Source: Camelus ferus
Lineage: Eukaryota
Assembly: GCF_009834535.1 (NCBI RefSeq)
Contig: NC_045696.1
Location: 22,942,001 to 23,006,000, forward strand
Direction: 5' to 3'
Length of the DNA stretch: 64,000 nt
This document shows, one piece after another, positions 27,596 through 41,710 of the stretch. The notes under the pieces are model-generated. The model did no database searches, was not told the DNA's origin, and saw only the letters and a program-made list of their open reading frames with translations. Every line of letters begins with the position of its first letter. Positions within the stretch are counted from its first letter, which is position 1. The position numbers were made by a program, and so were the translations under genes.

Positions 27596-28739
27596 GTGTA
27601 TTGTCACATCACCACTCAGAATTAAAGGGGCCTCTCTGAGAGTACACTCTTGAATCAGGATCTCACGACCCAACAAGCCAGGCAGTCTACATCCTGTCAG
27701 GAAGAACTTCTAAGTTGGCACAGAGATTCTAGGAGTCAACTTCAAATCCTGAGTATTTTGGAAGTGACAGAAAGATTCAAAACAGAGGTCTGTCCAATCC
27801 CAAAGCTCATGCTCTTTCTTTCATCACCACTTACTATTTGTCTAATTAATAAATTAAGTGGCTGTATGACATTTCATTCTGGGAAGGTACCACAGTGTAT
27901 TTAACTGTTTCCTGATTGCTGAGACTCTCTGGGAGTTCCAGTTGGGGGATGTTACGAATAGTGTTGAAATCAATACTTTTCTCCATGTGTCTTGTTCCCT
28001 ATTTCTTCCTTTGCATAACATTGCAGAAGTGAGAAAGTTATAATGATTTAAAACAGCTGAATAACTGGCATAACTGAATAATTGGTAGCCTAGAGATGGT
28101 TTGTATTTTTGTTTGAATTTTACAATATATCAAACATACAACCATAATATCTAATACGATTTCTTTAAAGTTTTTGCTTGTAAGTTTTATTCCATTGATT
28201 CATTTTTCCATTGGTTCATTACCCAACAATTTTGTTGCTCATCTATCTCCAATCTGACTGTTCATTAGCCAGTTAAAAAAAATCAGCCAAAGTTAAGACT
28301 TTTCTTTATCTGGTAAACTTTGAGAGTAACCACTGAATACTTCAATGTTCAAAGGACATATCAACAAAAAAAAATATTCTATTATCTCCCATGTGGTAGT
28401 CTCAAGTTACACAATAAATGTGCATTTAGCAATACACCATTATGTCTATTCCGAGGAAAAAAATCATTTGGTAGAACATCAAAGTTTGTACCAAATCTCC
28501 CACTGAGGATTTTATCAAAATAAGAAATCTATCAGTTTGGAGGTTTTTATTTGTATTTCTATTTCATTCACATTTCTAACATTTTTGACCTTTTGAAAAT
28601 AAGCACTTAAATCACAGAAAAATAAGCATAAGTGTATCATAGGACAAGTGTTTCTGAGAGATCTAACCTAATTTTGAAAGCCCACAGTCCTTCTAATTTG
28701 AGGATTTAATCTGTAAAAGAAAAGCAGATAAAAAAAATA

Positions 28740-28890
28740 CGTTGAAACTTAGAAATCGAGTTCTAATTTTGTCTCTGCCATGTTCATGGTGCAATTTCGA
28801 CAGGCTACTTAGCACTTCAAGGTTTGGGTTTCCTCATTTGAAAAAGCATTAAGCTACCACACAGGATTGGAATGTTAATTTTGCAAATTT
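28740..28890 (+). mobile_element. MIR SINE remnant
   Basis: GAGTTCTAATTTTGTCTCTGCCA..ACTTAGCACTTC..GTTTCCTCATTTG. Confidence 0.5.
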
Positions 28891-31800
28891 AAGCCCAATG
28901 AAAACAAAAGGTGCCATATAAACACAAAATAACATTTCCATGTAACAGTAGTTGGATTTGCGTTTTTTTTTTTTCCACCTGCTACTTTAAAATCAAATTT
29001 TGTTAAATGAAATTTTAAAAATTCCCAATTAATTTCTATTTCTCAAACTTGGCTTGATTCACCTGGAGTGGGGTGGCAAAGTTGCTGGGTTTTGAAGATG
29101 TGAAGTGGAGCAGAGTGTAAAGGAAAAAGTCTGAACTTTTCCCTTTGATTGACGTACATAAGGTCTAGTAGGGTAAATAGAGAGACAACTAGTGGGCTTT
29201 TCAAGATCTAAGGGCACTGTTATTCGGAGATGAAGAATCAGGTAAAATTTCCAAACTGTAATAATGCCATCTCACTCACATGGCCCTTCCAAAAAAGTTT
29301 TAGATTTACAAAAGTAATAAAATATATGAAAGGCACTTTAGACCCCTGTGAAGGGAGGACCCTGTAACAATTTTGAAAAACAACATCATGCACATAGACC
29401 CTAAAAACATGTATTGCTTATGGGGAGGGAAAGGAGGTCAGTAAACAAGTCAGATTTGAAAATGTTAAGGTCCTTTTGTCGGTGTTTTCCCTGCACCCTG
29501 ATCTCTGTGTCTGAAGAACAATAGCAGTGTGGGGACTTTCTCAACAGGGTCGGAAGGGATCCACTGGGTGGATTCTCAAATAATCCCAACCAGTTTCAGA
29601 GAAAGCTGCCTTGTGACTGCAAAAATGTATCCCAGCTTCAGATATCTGACTTCTATCCCTGTGTAGTGAGTAGCACATGCCCACACACCTGGGATAATTT
29701 TTAAAACGTCTTTTCCTTTTCGTTCATTATTTAGGAAAAAAAAATCAATAGATGGAATGGGGAATTAGAAGGTATATTTCTACTCTGATGACTTTTTATT
29801 GCGTGTTCAGACAGACTTGAGGGTATTTGAAGGGTTTTTATCAATATTCCAGACCACACTCCCACGTAGATCTCTGTTAACCAAAAGAAGATTTCAACTC
29901 TATATATGTCACACTGTTTTGAAGTGAAAGTATTTCACTAAGAGTTATTTCTTAAGGAGAAGAACAGCACGCCGGGTCCTGCGTGAATCTGAAGCACACA
30001 TGACAACAACAAAGGAGCAGCAGCAAGAGAACAAAGTTGAGCTTGTTTTATAAAAAATGCTTATTCATTGATTCTCTCATTACAGTCAAAACTCTTTTCA
30101 CAAAAAGGCTATCTTGAACACATCAGAGAATTAGAATTCCTGAACAAAGAGGTAGTATGTGACCTCCCTAATTGTCCCGACAGCTACCTAAGCTGTTGTC
30201 TACAGCGGAATTAGAGTTCTTACACACCTCCACCACGTCTGGAATTGTGTGTTCCTGTCTTCACCACGGTTTGCCCTATCTTGAAAAACACTGAGTTAAG
30301 AATTTAAAGAAACCCTGTAAATTTTTTCTTGAGATTAAGTGGAGAATGTGTTACATACTATTTTTAAAAATATGAAGACAAGAAAGAAAAGTCACAGAAC
30401 GGTCTGTACTTGAGGAGAAAGAACAATGGCACATTAAAAAAAGATGCAATTATGGATGGTTTCGCAATTTAACAACATATGAGGTTCAAACATGTTTCTC
30501 TCACATTCCTCGCTCTCTTCTTTCACTGGTGTATATCCTCTTGGGATTTACCAGACAGCCGCCACATCACCTGCTGCTCATCCACTGAGCAGACGCCTGG
30601 AGATATATGAAAACCATGCCTTCTAGGATATGTTCCCAATCACTAATGCAGCCACCTGATAACGGAAATCCTACTACACTTGACCAGATAAATGTACTTC
30701 TGGTTCTACCCACATGCAGGATGCTTTTAGCTGCCATTCCTATAATTTCCATTGGCTTTGAATCAAATATCCAAATGGTTCATTCACCAGACCTGGTGAT
30801 TTTCTGACTGCCTCTGTCCCTTGAAACTTTAGCAATGACTTTAGACAACACTTTATTTATTTTTATCCAGTTGTCTTCATTTGAAGTATAGATGATAGTC
30901 GTTTAATACGCACTTTGTAAACCAATGTTCATTCTGTTTATTATAGAATTTTAAAAATATGCTTGACCTTGTTTTCAAACAATAACATATCCCTGCTTCT
31001 TTTTACTTATACATGTGAAAATTGTTACATGAATTTTCATTATATTTTCTAGTTATGACTGGAGTCAAGAAAATCTTGTCTTCCCCAAGTGCTGCAATAA
31101 ACACACTCCAAGGGAAGGTAAGATGGATAAGAAAGAAGTAGCCCGAGAATTGAATTTCATAAATGTAATAACAGTTTGGAGCCTTAGGTCACACTAACAA
31201 TGTTTCCAATAATGAAAAAAATTCTTATACTTTGAGGTCTAGTTATCAGAAAGCATTGCTTAGTTCTAGGTTAGGAATCTACACTGAGGAAACCACTACC
31301 TATTAGCTTTACCTGGTATTTAAAATAATTTAGTTTTAGAAATATTATTAGGAAAGAACATACTGGCTTTAAAATTTTTAGTGAAGAATGGATCTAATCA
31401 TGATTTAAGTAATATGTACATACTGTATATATTACATATAAGGGGATATAACAAGGCTAATATTACAAGGTCTTTCTCCCCAGTTAAAATAATAAGTGGA
31501 AAAAAAAATGCTAGCAATGATGGAAGAGGTAATCATCAAGGTTAAGGTCAGCTGCCCATAGTTCAAAAAGCGTCACCCGTAGCTATGCCAAAACAACCTG
31601 TGAATTCAACAAGGATCTAAGAGCCCATCACTTGATGTAGACTCACTGACCAGATTATCTACAAAGTCCATCCCTGTTTCTCCTGCATGAGACCAGCCCA
31701 ACCTCTGCTACAACCACCTAACAAGCAGCTCAGAGGGGATGGGATAATGTTTGATTGAAATAACTCATGTTGGTACGACTAAACAAGACTTAAAATCTGA

Positions 31801-34348
31801 GCTTCAAACAACTATTTAACCATTTGAACACCAGCATTCTATAAATGCCTATGAGACTGAAGTTAACATAAGCAAAGAAAGAATAATTCAAGGTATAGAC
31901 ACTGGAAAAGAAAAACTTATGAAATAGAAGTCATTAATAAAATGTGCAGGAAATATGCCCTATCACTAAAGCCAAATCACCGAGCACTGGGGTCTGCCCA
32001 CTGCTGATATGATGTGAATTTTGGTTGCTTTAAGAAATACTAATATTCATGAAGAAAAGGGGGGCAAAACAGCTTAGGCTTTGTCAAAGATAAGCATTTC
32101 TTTTTTTCTTTAGAAAATATATATAAATATGTAATAAATAGAATAGAACCATTGTAATTATTTGAGCATGAACCTTCTGGAAGAATTGCATGTAAAGCTA
32201 TTTATAGCTATTCAAAATTGAGGCGTTATATATTATTTAAAAAATGAAACTATTGAAAAGCAATGTGTATTACTTTTTTTTAAAAAGGTGAGTATTACAG
32301 ACAAAACAAATAGACAATATGAGAGTCAATCTTTCAGTAACAAAAGGGAGAAATCAGGTTAACACGGTCTATTTTGTTCTAAGATCTATCATTCCCTGCA
32401 AGTAGACAATGGGTGTCAAAGTGCTTTTTCAAAAACCTCACAATGAAATATTTTTCCCCCCAAACCATGACTAAAAACATCCCAAGTAGGAAGCTTTTCA
32501 TATATTAGACTTCTAGTTATGGAATTCAAAGAAAGTGTGACATGGTCAAACACAAAGTGTTTATCATGCCATCAGTTTCCTTACAGTCCTAATGTCTACT
32601 TGCAGGGCTCCACTGAATTCATCATGAATCCTTCTATTCCGTATTCATTTGGTTTGAGTTTAGCTTTTTAGACAGCTTCATGTCAATGTGCCTGTGATCA
32701 GATCTTCCCCCCAAGATCCACCAGAATGAGAATATACACAGGTAACAGTTTTTGAGGCATTAAAAGTAGCAGCCTCAGGATGGATAAACACAGACTATGA
32801 ACGTTCACACTACATATTGCGAAGCGTTAATTGAAGAATGTTTATTTGGCACAAGAGCCACCCTTCTTTTGTACATTCCATAAGACAGTGGTGTCATGTT
32901 TACAAGGCTGTGCCACCTTGCAGCAATGCATTCTTCAAAACAATTTTTAAATGCTTTTTTAATTACCCCTCTTCCAATACTGGATTCATATACCTAATTT
33001 AGTCTATGCTGTAGAACCCTAGGTGCGGATAACGCATTATCAAATGTTTAGACGCCTTTTAGGAGGTTGAAAGACAGGCTTCATACACAAACCAACTCAA
33101 TTCACTGTGGAAGGCTGTCAGGCACGTGCATGTGAGGGTCCACTGCACAAAAGAAATAAAGACGGTAAATTTGGTACCTTATGTGAGATACTCACTTTTC
33201 CTTAGTTTGCAAGAAATATAAACCTTGAAGTCCTCCTTTCATCCAACTGACATGAAAATTAGCAGAGAGATTAATCTAGGCCAAATAAGGGGTCAAAGTT
33301 GTCTATAAATATGCAGGGGAGGATTTTTTTTCCTTTAGGAAAAATATTAGTACACAATGTTGAAGATATAATCATTCTGTTTAAGGAAAATTTTCTTACT
33401 GATGATGGTAGTCTGTTAACAGCCAGTGAGAAAATAAGAACCCCCAAATTATGAAGGTTTGATTAAGCGGTCTCAGAGTAAACCCCTTAGAGTCTTGAAG
33501 ATTAGGGAAACCTCAAAAAATATGATGATCTTACATTAACTTTAATAATTCAAAGTAGAGCTTTATTTTTCAGTGTACATTAAACCTGATTCAAGGGATA
33601 TGGAATGAAATTTGCTGGGCTCGGGAAAGAAACCTTTTTGGTTGACCACTGTGCAACACATATCCATAATTTTCCATTTCTTAAATATTAACATTAGTTT
33701 TTACAAAAGTTTTCCATTACAAAGGAAGGGAATGGGGCAAGGTGGGTGCATTGAATAATTTAAGAATTCTTAATACTCTCCTTAAAGCTTTTGTTGAGAA
33801 AAAGAAAAATGATAATCTTGCTTATTTGGCAAATGATATTAGATGTTATAAACTCACAGTATTTAATGTGGGCAAAAAGCTCGGAATCATCTCAAAAACC
33901 CTAGAAACGTATTTATCTGTATTCTTTATATGAACTTTTAAATAAAAATGTCACCAGTAAGAACCAAAAACAATGGCTAAGTGGAAACCATATTCAAATT
34001 ATTTGATGGAAATACCTAAGATTTTTAAAATATGCAGCTCATGAATTTAAGTTGCAAAATATTTAACCAGAGATATCACAGTCCAACAGTTCAGAGTATA
34101 GTTCACTACTGAATGCAACCCTTTCTTGACTAATTATATTTAATAGTTTATGCATTTTCCCATAGGCATAACTTTAGGATGAAGTATTTATTATACAAAA
34201 ACATATTCATTTTAATTTTCAGTTTTGAACATATACAGTAACTCATGGTGTTATGATACACAGGACACTTAAAATATGGTTATTATTGCACTTACTCTCC
34301 AATGTATCTTTTATCTACATTATCTTTCAAAAAGCCATCATGTTACAG

Positions 34349-34370
34349 ACACACACACACACACACACAC
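34349..34370. repeat. (AC)11 microsatellite
   Basis: Direct reading. Confidence 0.95.
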
Positions 34371-34467
34371 AGAAAATCAAGAGGAAACAAGATTTAGGTA
34401 TGAGCAGTAGGGAATAACTTATAGAGTCACATGGGAGACATATCAGACTAACAAGCCATGTTGGTTT

Positions 34468-35107
34468 TGAGACAGAGAGGGTGCAAGGCACAGCCATTCA
34501 AGGAACAACATAACAATTAACACCAGAATGACGAAAGATTAAACCCCCAATAGGCCTTGAGGCTCAAGATGGTGGGAGATTTGACTTCCTTGAGCTTCAT
34601 TATACACCCATTGTAATATATTAGCATGGTGAATAACACGCCCACAGGTGCCATGACAGTCCCAAGGTTAGCCGTGAAAGGTCAAAAATTGGGAAATGGC
34701 CAACTTCCTGGGAATCCCAGCCCCTTCCCCAGGCTAGTTAGACTGGTCCTTCCACTTATTAGCATATGAAGCCACTGAGCCCATAAAAACTGGCAACTGG
34801 CAACATGGCACCTCGTGGCCGCCGCCCTCTCTCTCTCCCCTGCTTCGAAGATGGCCCACACTCTGTCTATGGAGTGTGTATCTACTTTTACTCTAATGTG
34901 AGCACCCAATCCCCAGACCTCATGGCCTTTCTCTTGCCTTTCGATGTATCTCTCTAAATAAATCTACCTTTACTCAACTGTGTCTCGCTTTTGAATTCTT
35001 GCCTGTGTGAAGCCAAGGACTCACACTTGGCGGGGCACGTCCCAGGGGCTCAACCGAAGCCTGGGACACGGCCCTCCTCACGCCCCACATCTGTTTTTCC
35101 TGCATCA
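34468..35107 (+). mobile_element. Solo LTR, ERV1 class, MER41-like, antisense to the host gene
   Basis: About 640 bp running TGAGACAG...GCATCA (TG...CA ends), with flanks GTTT/TTTT as a near-TSD. TATA-like CATAAAA near 34782, AATAAA near 34957, and CTCTGTCTATGGAGTG and TTGAATTCTT..GTGTGAAGCCAAG motifs typical of MER41/MER4-group LTRs. Retains CpGs. Confidence 0.8.
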
Positions 35108-37859
35108 TTTTCAACACCAAAATGTCATTCACAGTTTTGTAGATACATCGTCTCCTAATTCTTCATGCCTCTCAACTGACCAGTAGATAAATTCTCATTA
35201 GAGGGCTTGTACTGTAATTTATTATATTTCCTATAGATAATGAAGGCAAGACACCTAAGAGCTAATTTAGTCTACCTGAGAATGATAAAAATCAAAATGC
35301 GAAGAGTTTGAAATATACACCAAAAAAATCGAGAATTATGAGGCTTAAGTATTAGGAAAACACCATTCAGGTAAAATCTAAGGATGTGCATTTTCTATTA
35401 GGCAGAATGGCATAAAGAAATACAGCTTTTTGAGGAAAAGTTCTTTTCTAGCTTTTGGTCCCTTAAAAATAACCTGTCTCATTAACCATTTCTCACATGA
35501 AGGGTAGACTAGAATGTATTGCCTTAAAAATCTGAGTCAACTAGAATTAGTATAATACTCACTTTCAATAGAAAATAACATGACATGCAATGATAAAAGC
35601 CATTTATTTTAGAATATTTTATAAATATTTACATAAATAATTGGTCTCTTAAAATCAAGACCGAATTATGTCCAGGATTGGTTCTGAGACAGACACACAA
35701 CACATACTCTCACCCTCTTACATCTGTAGTTTAGAAAAGAGAGGAAATATTAAAAGCAGATTATAACCTCAAGTTAATAACATATGATCACAATACAGAG
35801 TAAATGATAAATTAAGTTCCCTCTAGTATATGAAGCTAGAATATGAAGATTTCTTTTTTCAAAAAAGATAGAAGCATGATGCCTATCTGGTGAAAAGTGA
35901 ATCAAGTATGTTCTATGACATGTGTTATTACATGAGGACTATGTAAGAAAAAAAGTATGATGTACAGTGAAATCCTACTTAACACAGACAATCACTAAAC
36001 CTTACGACAATAATCTTGCTTTATTACAGTAGAAATTTTAGTTATGTGGGGCTCATTTTTAAAATTTTAGAATCTTGCTAAAGTTTTACAAGAAGTTTAC
36101 TGAGAACAACAGATAGTGATAGAAAGTAAAAGAATTGGGACCAAGTCACCTCCATGTGTATGAAGTTCTGGTGTCCCTAGAGGGGTAGCCATAGGTATCT
36201 CCATGGCAGCAAAAACTAGTGACCTAATACAATTAACCCATTTTGCTGATTTACTGCCTCTGGTTATCAAGTTTCCTGACATGCTTGGTTTGTAAGTAGA
36301 AATTGGGTGATTTGTGAACACTGGTAAGGGCAGGGTTTTCTGTCTACTGAAACCATTCGTGTTTTTAAACCACAGGTGGGGTGGCCCTGGTCCACAGTGA
36401 AACACCCCCTCCTCCATCCTTACACTGAGAAAGCATGGGAATTCCACTGAGGGAGGTCAGATGCGGCTTCAACCAAAGCATTATGAAGAGTGACTAAAAG
36501 GAAAAACATATCTAGCAAATTCTATGTGTGTTACTGTGTTTATCCCGGCAGACCCTTCCACCCCTTTCCCAGAAACTTCTGGATACACACTCTTTCCCTT
36601 TTCACAGTGGGTTTCTGACTGACTTATAAGGGAAAGGGTTACTAGTGTGGAGCAACTTGACAATTCCAGAAAAGCCTTCTTTCCTCCCTACTAATTTCTG
36701 CACAATGCAGTTTGAGGTGGATAGCCACTGGGCTAAGCAAAGTCACTCGCGGGGGAGGTGCTCCTGGAATGTGTTGAATGCGCATTCTTTAGATGCTTGG
36801 AAGGGGTGACTGCCCTCTTATTGGCATCTACCCATTTTCAATGGTTTGGCTGCTTCAGTCAGAAACAGGTATCACTTTGAAACATTCAGTGAATTCCCTA
36901 GCTCTTAATCACTGACAAAGGACTGCTCTCAGGTTTCTAAAATTAAGCTTTTAAAGCAGAGCTACATTTTATCTACTTTTCATTTGGGTGTCTTCGATTT
37001 TTGTTTTGATTATTCTATATTTAAAGAATGAAGCTGAGAGAGTCATCTCATCTTGGTAGAAGCCTTTCAACCATGAGCAAGACACCATATTTAGCATGGG
37101 AAATATACAGATTAATAATATTCTTTCCTCAAGATTAGGAAGCATTGCAAATAGACTCATGCTATTTATTGACAATTACCTATTTTTCATTCCTTCAGTA
37201 AAATATTTTAATCACTATTATTAAATACCACCATTCCCCATGGCTACTTCCTTTTCTCCAACAAATAATTTAAAAACTACGAAAAGTAGAATAATTCTTT
37301 TCATCCAGTCGACTAGTTTTTCTTTAAAAGATTTTTAAAACAGCAGATGAACTTGTGATCAAAACTCAGGCACACAGCTGCTTTCTAGACCAGTTTTGCG
37401 CGTTCCTGACTCACCCTCAGCCATCTTCATGCCATATTGCACTCCTACCCTAGTTCTTCATCTATTCTTGTTAATGTGCTTATGATAATTCTCCCTCAAG
37501 AATTTTCTTAGGATTCCAAGTTACATAAATGACGATGAAAATGGTTTTCCTAAGCAAGCCATTTAAAACTACATGGATTAGGCTTTATATAGACTTCTGT
37601 TTGAAATTCAAATTAATGTGTAATATGAACAATAATGAAAACTAACTGGTTTAGAAACAGTATTGCAATATTTAAACTTTCATTACTTTGCACAGGCTTT
37701 TGCCTACCTTTTTCTGAATTAGAATGGTTATGTACTAAACATTCAGACATAAAAGGGTAATAAAAGAATATTCAAAATAAAATAAACTAGAGCAAATGAA
37801 TATGCAGAGTTTTTATTCCTTCTTCGGAAATCCCATAGCACAAGAGTACATTGTTCTGT

Positions 37860-38480
37860 CAAAACCCTTATCACATTGTATTCTAATTACTGTTTATAGT
37901 CTATTTCTTTGGCTAGGCAGAGAGCTTCAGGAGATCTTAACCTATTAATCTTTGGCTCTCAAGTTCTGACATAATGTCTGGCAAGTAGAGGATGCTCAGC
38001 ATAAATCCATTAAATGAAAGAATCTTGAGGAGAGAGAATGTGTGGGATACCTCCTTCTGCCATTTAAGGTGCATGACCTCTTACTTCTTAGCCTACTTGA
38101 ATCTTAGCTTCCTCATCTGTAACACGGGTGAAATATGGAGTAAAGCTCCTCATAAGGTACCCTGGTGTGTGCACGCTACAAAGAATTGCACAAGGCTTGG
38201 TTAACTTTGGTATCATTTAGCTCAGTCAGAGCTGATCAACTTACTAAGTGTGAGACACTGGACTAGGTAATGGAACACCCAGCTTCTTTCCTCAGGGAGT
38301 TCAAAGGCTAGTGGGAGATAATACCAGGTAAATGGGGAAAGGCAGTAACACACTGTTACAAAGGCTGGAGGAGTCTAGGGAGTATTCTTAGAAAATGTGA
38401 TACCTGAGATTGAGGTATAATAGGTAAATATTCCAGGCAGTGTAGAAGGAGATGAAAAGACTATGAGGGAGGAGTGGGAG
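37860..38480. mobile_element. Cluster of L2 and MIR remnants
   Basis: L2 3' end (ATGTCTGGCAAGTAGAGGATGCTCAG..TAAATGAA), MIR core CTTAGCTTCCTCATCTGTAA near 38103, then a reverse L2-like stretch. Confidence 0.55.
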
Positions 38481-40984
38481 GAAGGATGTTATGTCTGTAA
38501 GGGGTGGGGGGATCTTAAATTCCTCATGTCTTAGTCTCGTTCCAAAGATCATGAGGCAACACTTTTGAAATCTTTTATGGTTCTGTTTCCAAATTGTACA
38601 GAAAAATACCTAAGTTAAATTAGTTTTTTGTTCAACCATGTAGGAAGTTTTCTCTTTGAAACTCCATTTCCAAAAAATTTACTCACTTACTTATCACTTT
38701 TGTGATTCGGCAAATTTTCTATCAAAAGAAAGAACAAAATCCCATCTTCGCAATGCGAAAAAAAAAAACACCAAAAACTGAACAGTATTCCTAAATATAC
38801 TGCATGTAAGTAAATTACTTTTAAAAACCTGAAAGCATTTTACCACTGAGCAGTTTTACTTCTCATTAAGTACTGGTATTATTTGGCTTTGTTAAATTAG
38901 AGAGAATGTGCTTCACAGAAATATTTTTTTTTGACAGAATTAGCAATTTAATGAATTTTGTTACATTATATTGTTATTTGTGACTAGTTACCACATACTG
39001 GGTGTTACATTAGCATGTATAATTTTGCATTTTTCATGTAAACACCATAAAATTGTGAAGTGTATTTTGTGCTGATAAAGAGTAAACCATATAGTAAGGT
39101 CAGTTGTGTTAAATAAAACACTGACTTTTTAGAAAGAGCAGTGAAAACGACATGAACAAAGCAAAAAACCAACGTTGGATTCTTGGTGTAGTCTCGAACT
39201 AGTCCTGTGGCTTCAGGAGTGTCACTTCTATTTTATTTAATCGTTGTTTTCTTTATTCTCCTCATTTACACTTTAAACAACATGGAGACAGTGTTTGAAA
39301 GAGCTTTCAGTGGAGATTAGTTATAAATACTTAAAGTTTATTTAAGTATGGGTCAGTCCTAGAAGTTAAAATTAAAAAAAGAAAAAAAAGACCTTTCATG
39401 TTACCACCTTCTATTTCAGTACGTAAATTCTAGACTAAGAACCAAACTCCTTGAGCACTATTTTAAATACAAATGTAAATTATATGTTTCACTGAATCAT
39501 TGTTTACATGACAATTATCCTCAGATATCGATGTCTGAAATGGATTATAGGAACAACAATAAAAGAAGACATTTTTAAAATAATATTCATAGATCCAGAT
39601 ATACAACATATTAAATAAAAATATATAGAAAGAATTGTGAGATTACAAAATGACACCCTTAGGTATTTTTCTAGAAATTTAGATTGTAAATATATTTAAA
39701 AGAACAATTTTATGGGCTGGGGGCGGGGAGGAATGAGCTATGGAATAATTCCCATCATATTCACAATGAAATGCAATAGTTCACTTTTCCCAGTTTGAAC
39801 TATCAAAAAGTACACCCACTATTCGTACAGAAAACAGGACCCAGTGGAAAAATCTGGTGCCTTCCGGGTTCCTGAAAAAACTGAATTGCTAATTACCTTG
39901 GAGGATGAACACGGCTTCAAACCATATAGTATTTATTGCACAAGTTATTATTTTTCCATCCTCAAATTTCCTAATGATAAGAAACGACCTATTTTCATCA
40001 AATTGGCTTCCCTTGTGCTCCTAAAGTGCAAGAGACACCCATCTGGGCCTGGAGATAATGACGCCGGGAGATGGTAATCTAAGTGTTAGGACACAGTCAG
40101 GGAGGGCAGTCTTCTTCTAAAAATATGTAGCCATTTAAATGCTACCATATCTTGTTTTGCAAATCTATCCTCACACAACAAATAATCGTTTTTGATACAA
40201 AAGTTAGTCATAAAATTCTCCATTAGTGGTTGGTAATGGACCATAATATTACATGTTTGTGAAAAGTGCATTTGGAAAATGAAATGCTGGAAGTAATGGC
40301 CATATAAGGAATATTAATATTTATATGAGATAACCTTGTAGGGACAGATTTCCTCTTTACTGACAACTGCCTGCACAGAATATTTTCCATTTTCTTGAGG
40401 AGAAGGAGCTTTGAAATTCTATCACTTGTCAAGCTATATTAATATTCTGCTTTGTTGTGTTCTAGCTGATTTAATAGAAAAATAGGAGTGATTAATAATT
40501 ATTAGTTTTACAATAGATGTGATAAAATATATCAGAAAGGAGTCTCAGAGTGTTAAATATATCACCAGCAAACAATATTAGTCTATGTCTAAATCAAACC
40601 TGAATGCTTACAGCAAATTTCCACCCTTCGTTATTAACAACGTAACCCCAAAGGGATGAATTTCAAGCAAGTATCAAGAGAGGATCTGGCACTTGTAAGT
40701 GTACTTTCAACATAAGGTTATACACATTTCCAGTGTGAGGCCAATAACACTGGAGGGTGTGTTCAGTTTCCACCATGGTCAAAACTGACAAAGATGCTTT
40801 CCTTGAAAATAGAACGAACTGAATTCACTTCATTGTACACACAAAAATTAATTCAGAGCCCCTTTAATTCTTGTTTTCAAAGGAGTTTCTTTTTATTTGC
40901 ATAAAGAAAAACACGACGCTATTTTCAATGACCAACTCGGATTGGGCGAAGCTGTTGCTTTTAAGGTCCACAAAGGAATGAATA

Positions 40985-41200
40985 ATAATAATGACTAGGA
41001 GTTAATAGTTACGGAGCCCTCGCTACGAGCCAAGCACTGTTCTATTTATTATTTCATTCGCCCTTCTCCACAGCCTTTGAGGTTGGCACCATCTCACAGA
41101 TGAAGCGTCTGAAGCACAGAGAGCTAAAGAACATGTTTAAGACCATACATCTAACAAGTAATTCCAAATCTGACAGCCTAATACTGGAGCACACTCTGTC
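40985..41200 (-). mobile_element. MIR SINE
   Basis: GAGCCAAGCACTGTTCT..CACAGATGAAGCGTCTGAAGCACAGAGAGCTAAAG. Confidence 0.6.
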
Positions 41201-41549
41201 TCCGTTCGCTGTCTCTCTCTCTCCCTGAGTAGGGAAATGAAAGACTCATTGAAAGTTATCGCTCAGTTCAAGTGCTAATTACTGAAAGCATCCCTAAACT
41301 GCAATCTGAACTAGCCAGCTGTTTATTTTCAGGAATTAAAGGGGTCTTCAGCATGGACACTCAATGGGTGTATGTAGCCCAGGGCTGTTCTTAGAACTTG
41401 ACTAGAACTCACAGGGGAGAATATTAGGTTTCTCTTACTGGTGTAGAATATTCTACTGGCGTGGAATAGCTCAGCCATAGGTCTAAGGCAGCCACAACCA
41501 AGTGATGACAGGCAAACTTGTACAGTGCGAACAGCAGGATGGGAGAAAG

Positions 41550-41710
41550 GAAATCTGAATTCAAACCAAACCTTAGTTTCCCCAACTGTAAAACATGGAT
41601 CCTCATAACGTCTCTGCTTCCCCTTGGGTTATTCTGGAGTAGAAACGAGGCAACATGCATGAAAGCAGTCTGCAGACAGTCAGAATCAACACAGAACAGG
41701 CATTATTATG
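41550..41710 (+). mobile_element. MIR SINE remnant
   Basis: CCTTAGTTTCCCCAACTGTAAAA...CATGCATGAAAGCA..CATTATTAT. Confidence 0.55.

Noticed and set aside
41436..41468. Degenerate 15-bp repeat (period 18), and similar micro-duplications near 50132-50190
   Set aside because: Ordinary slippage duplications with no functional signal.
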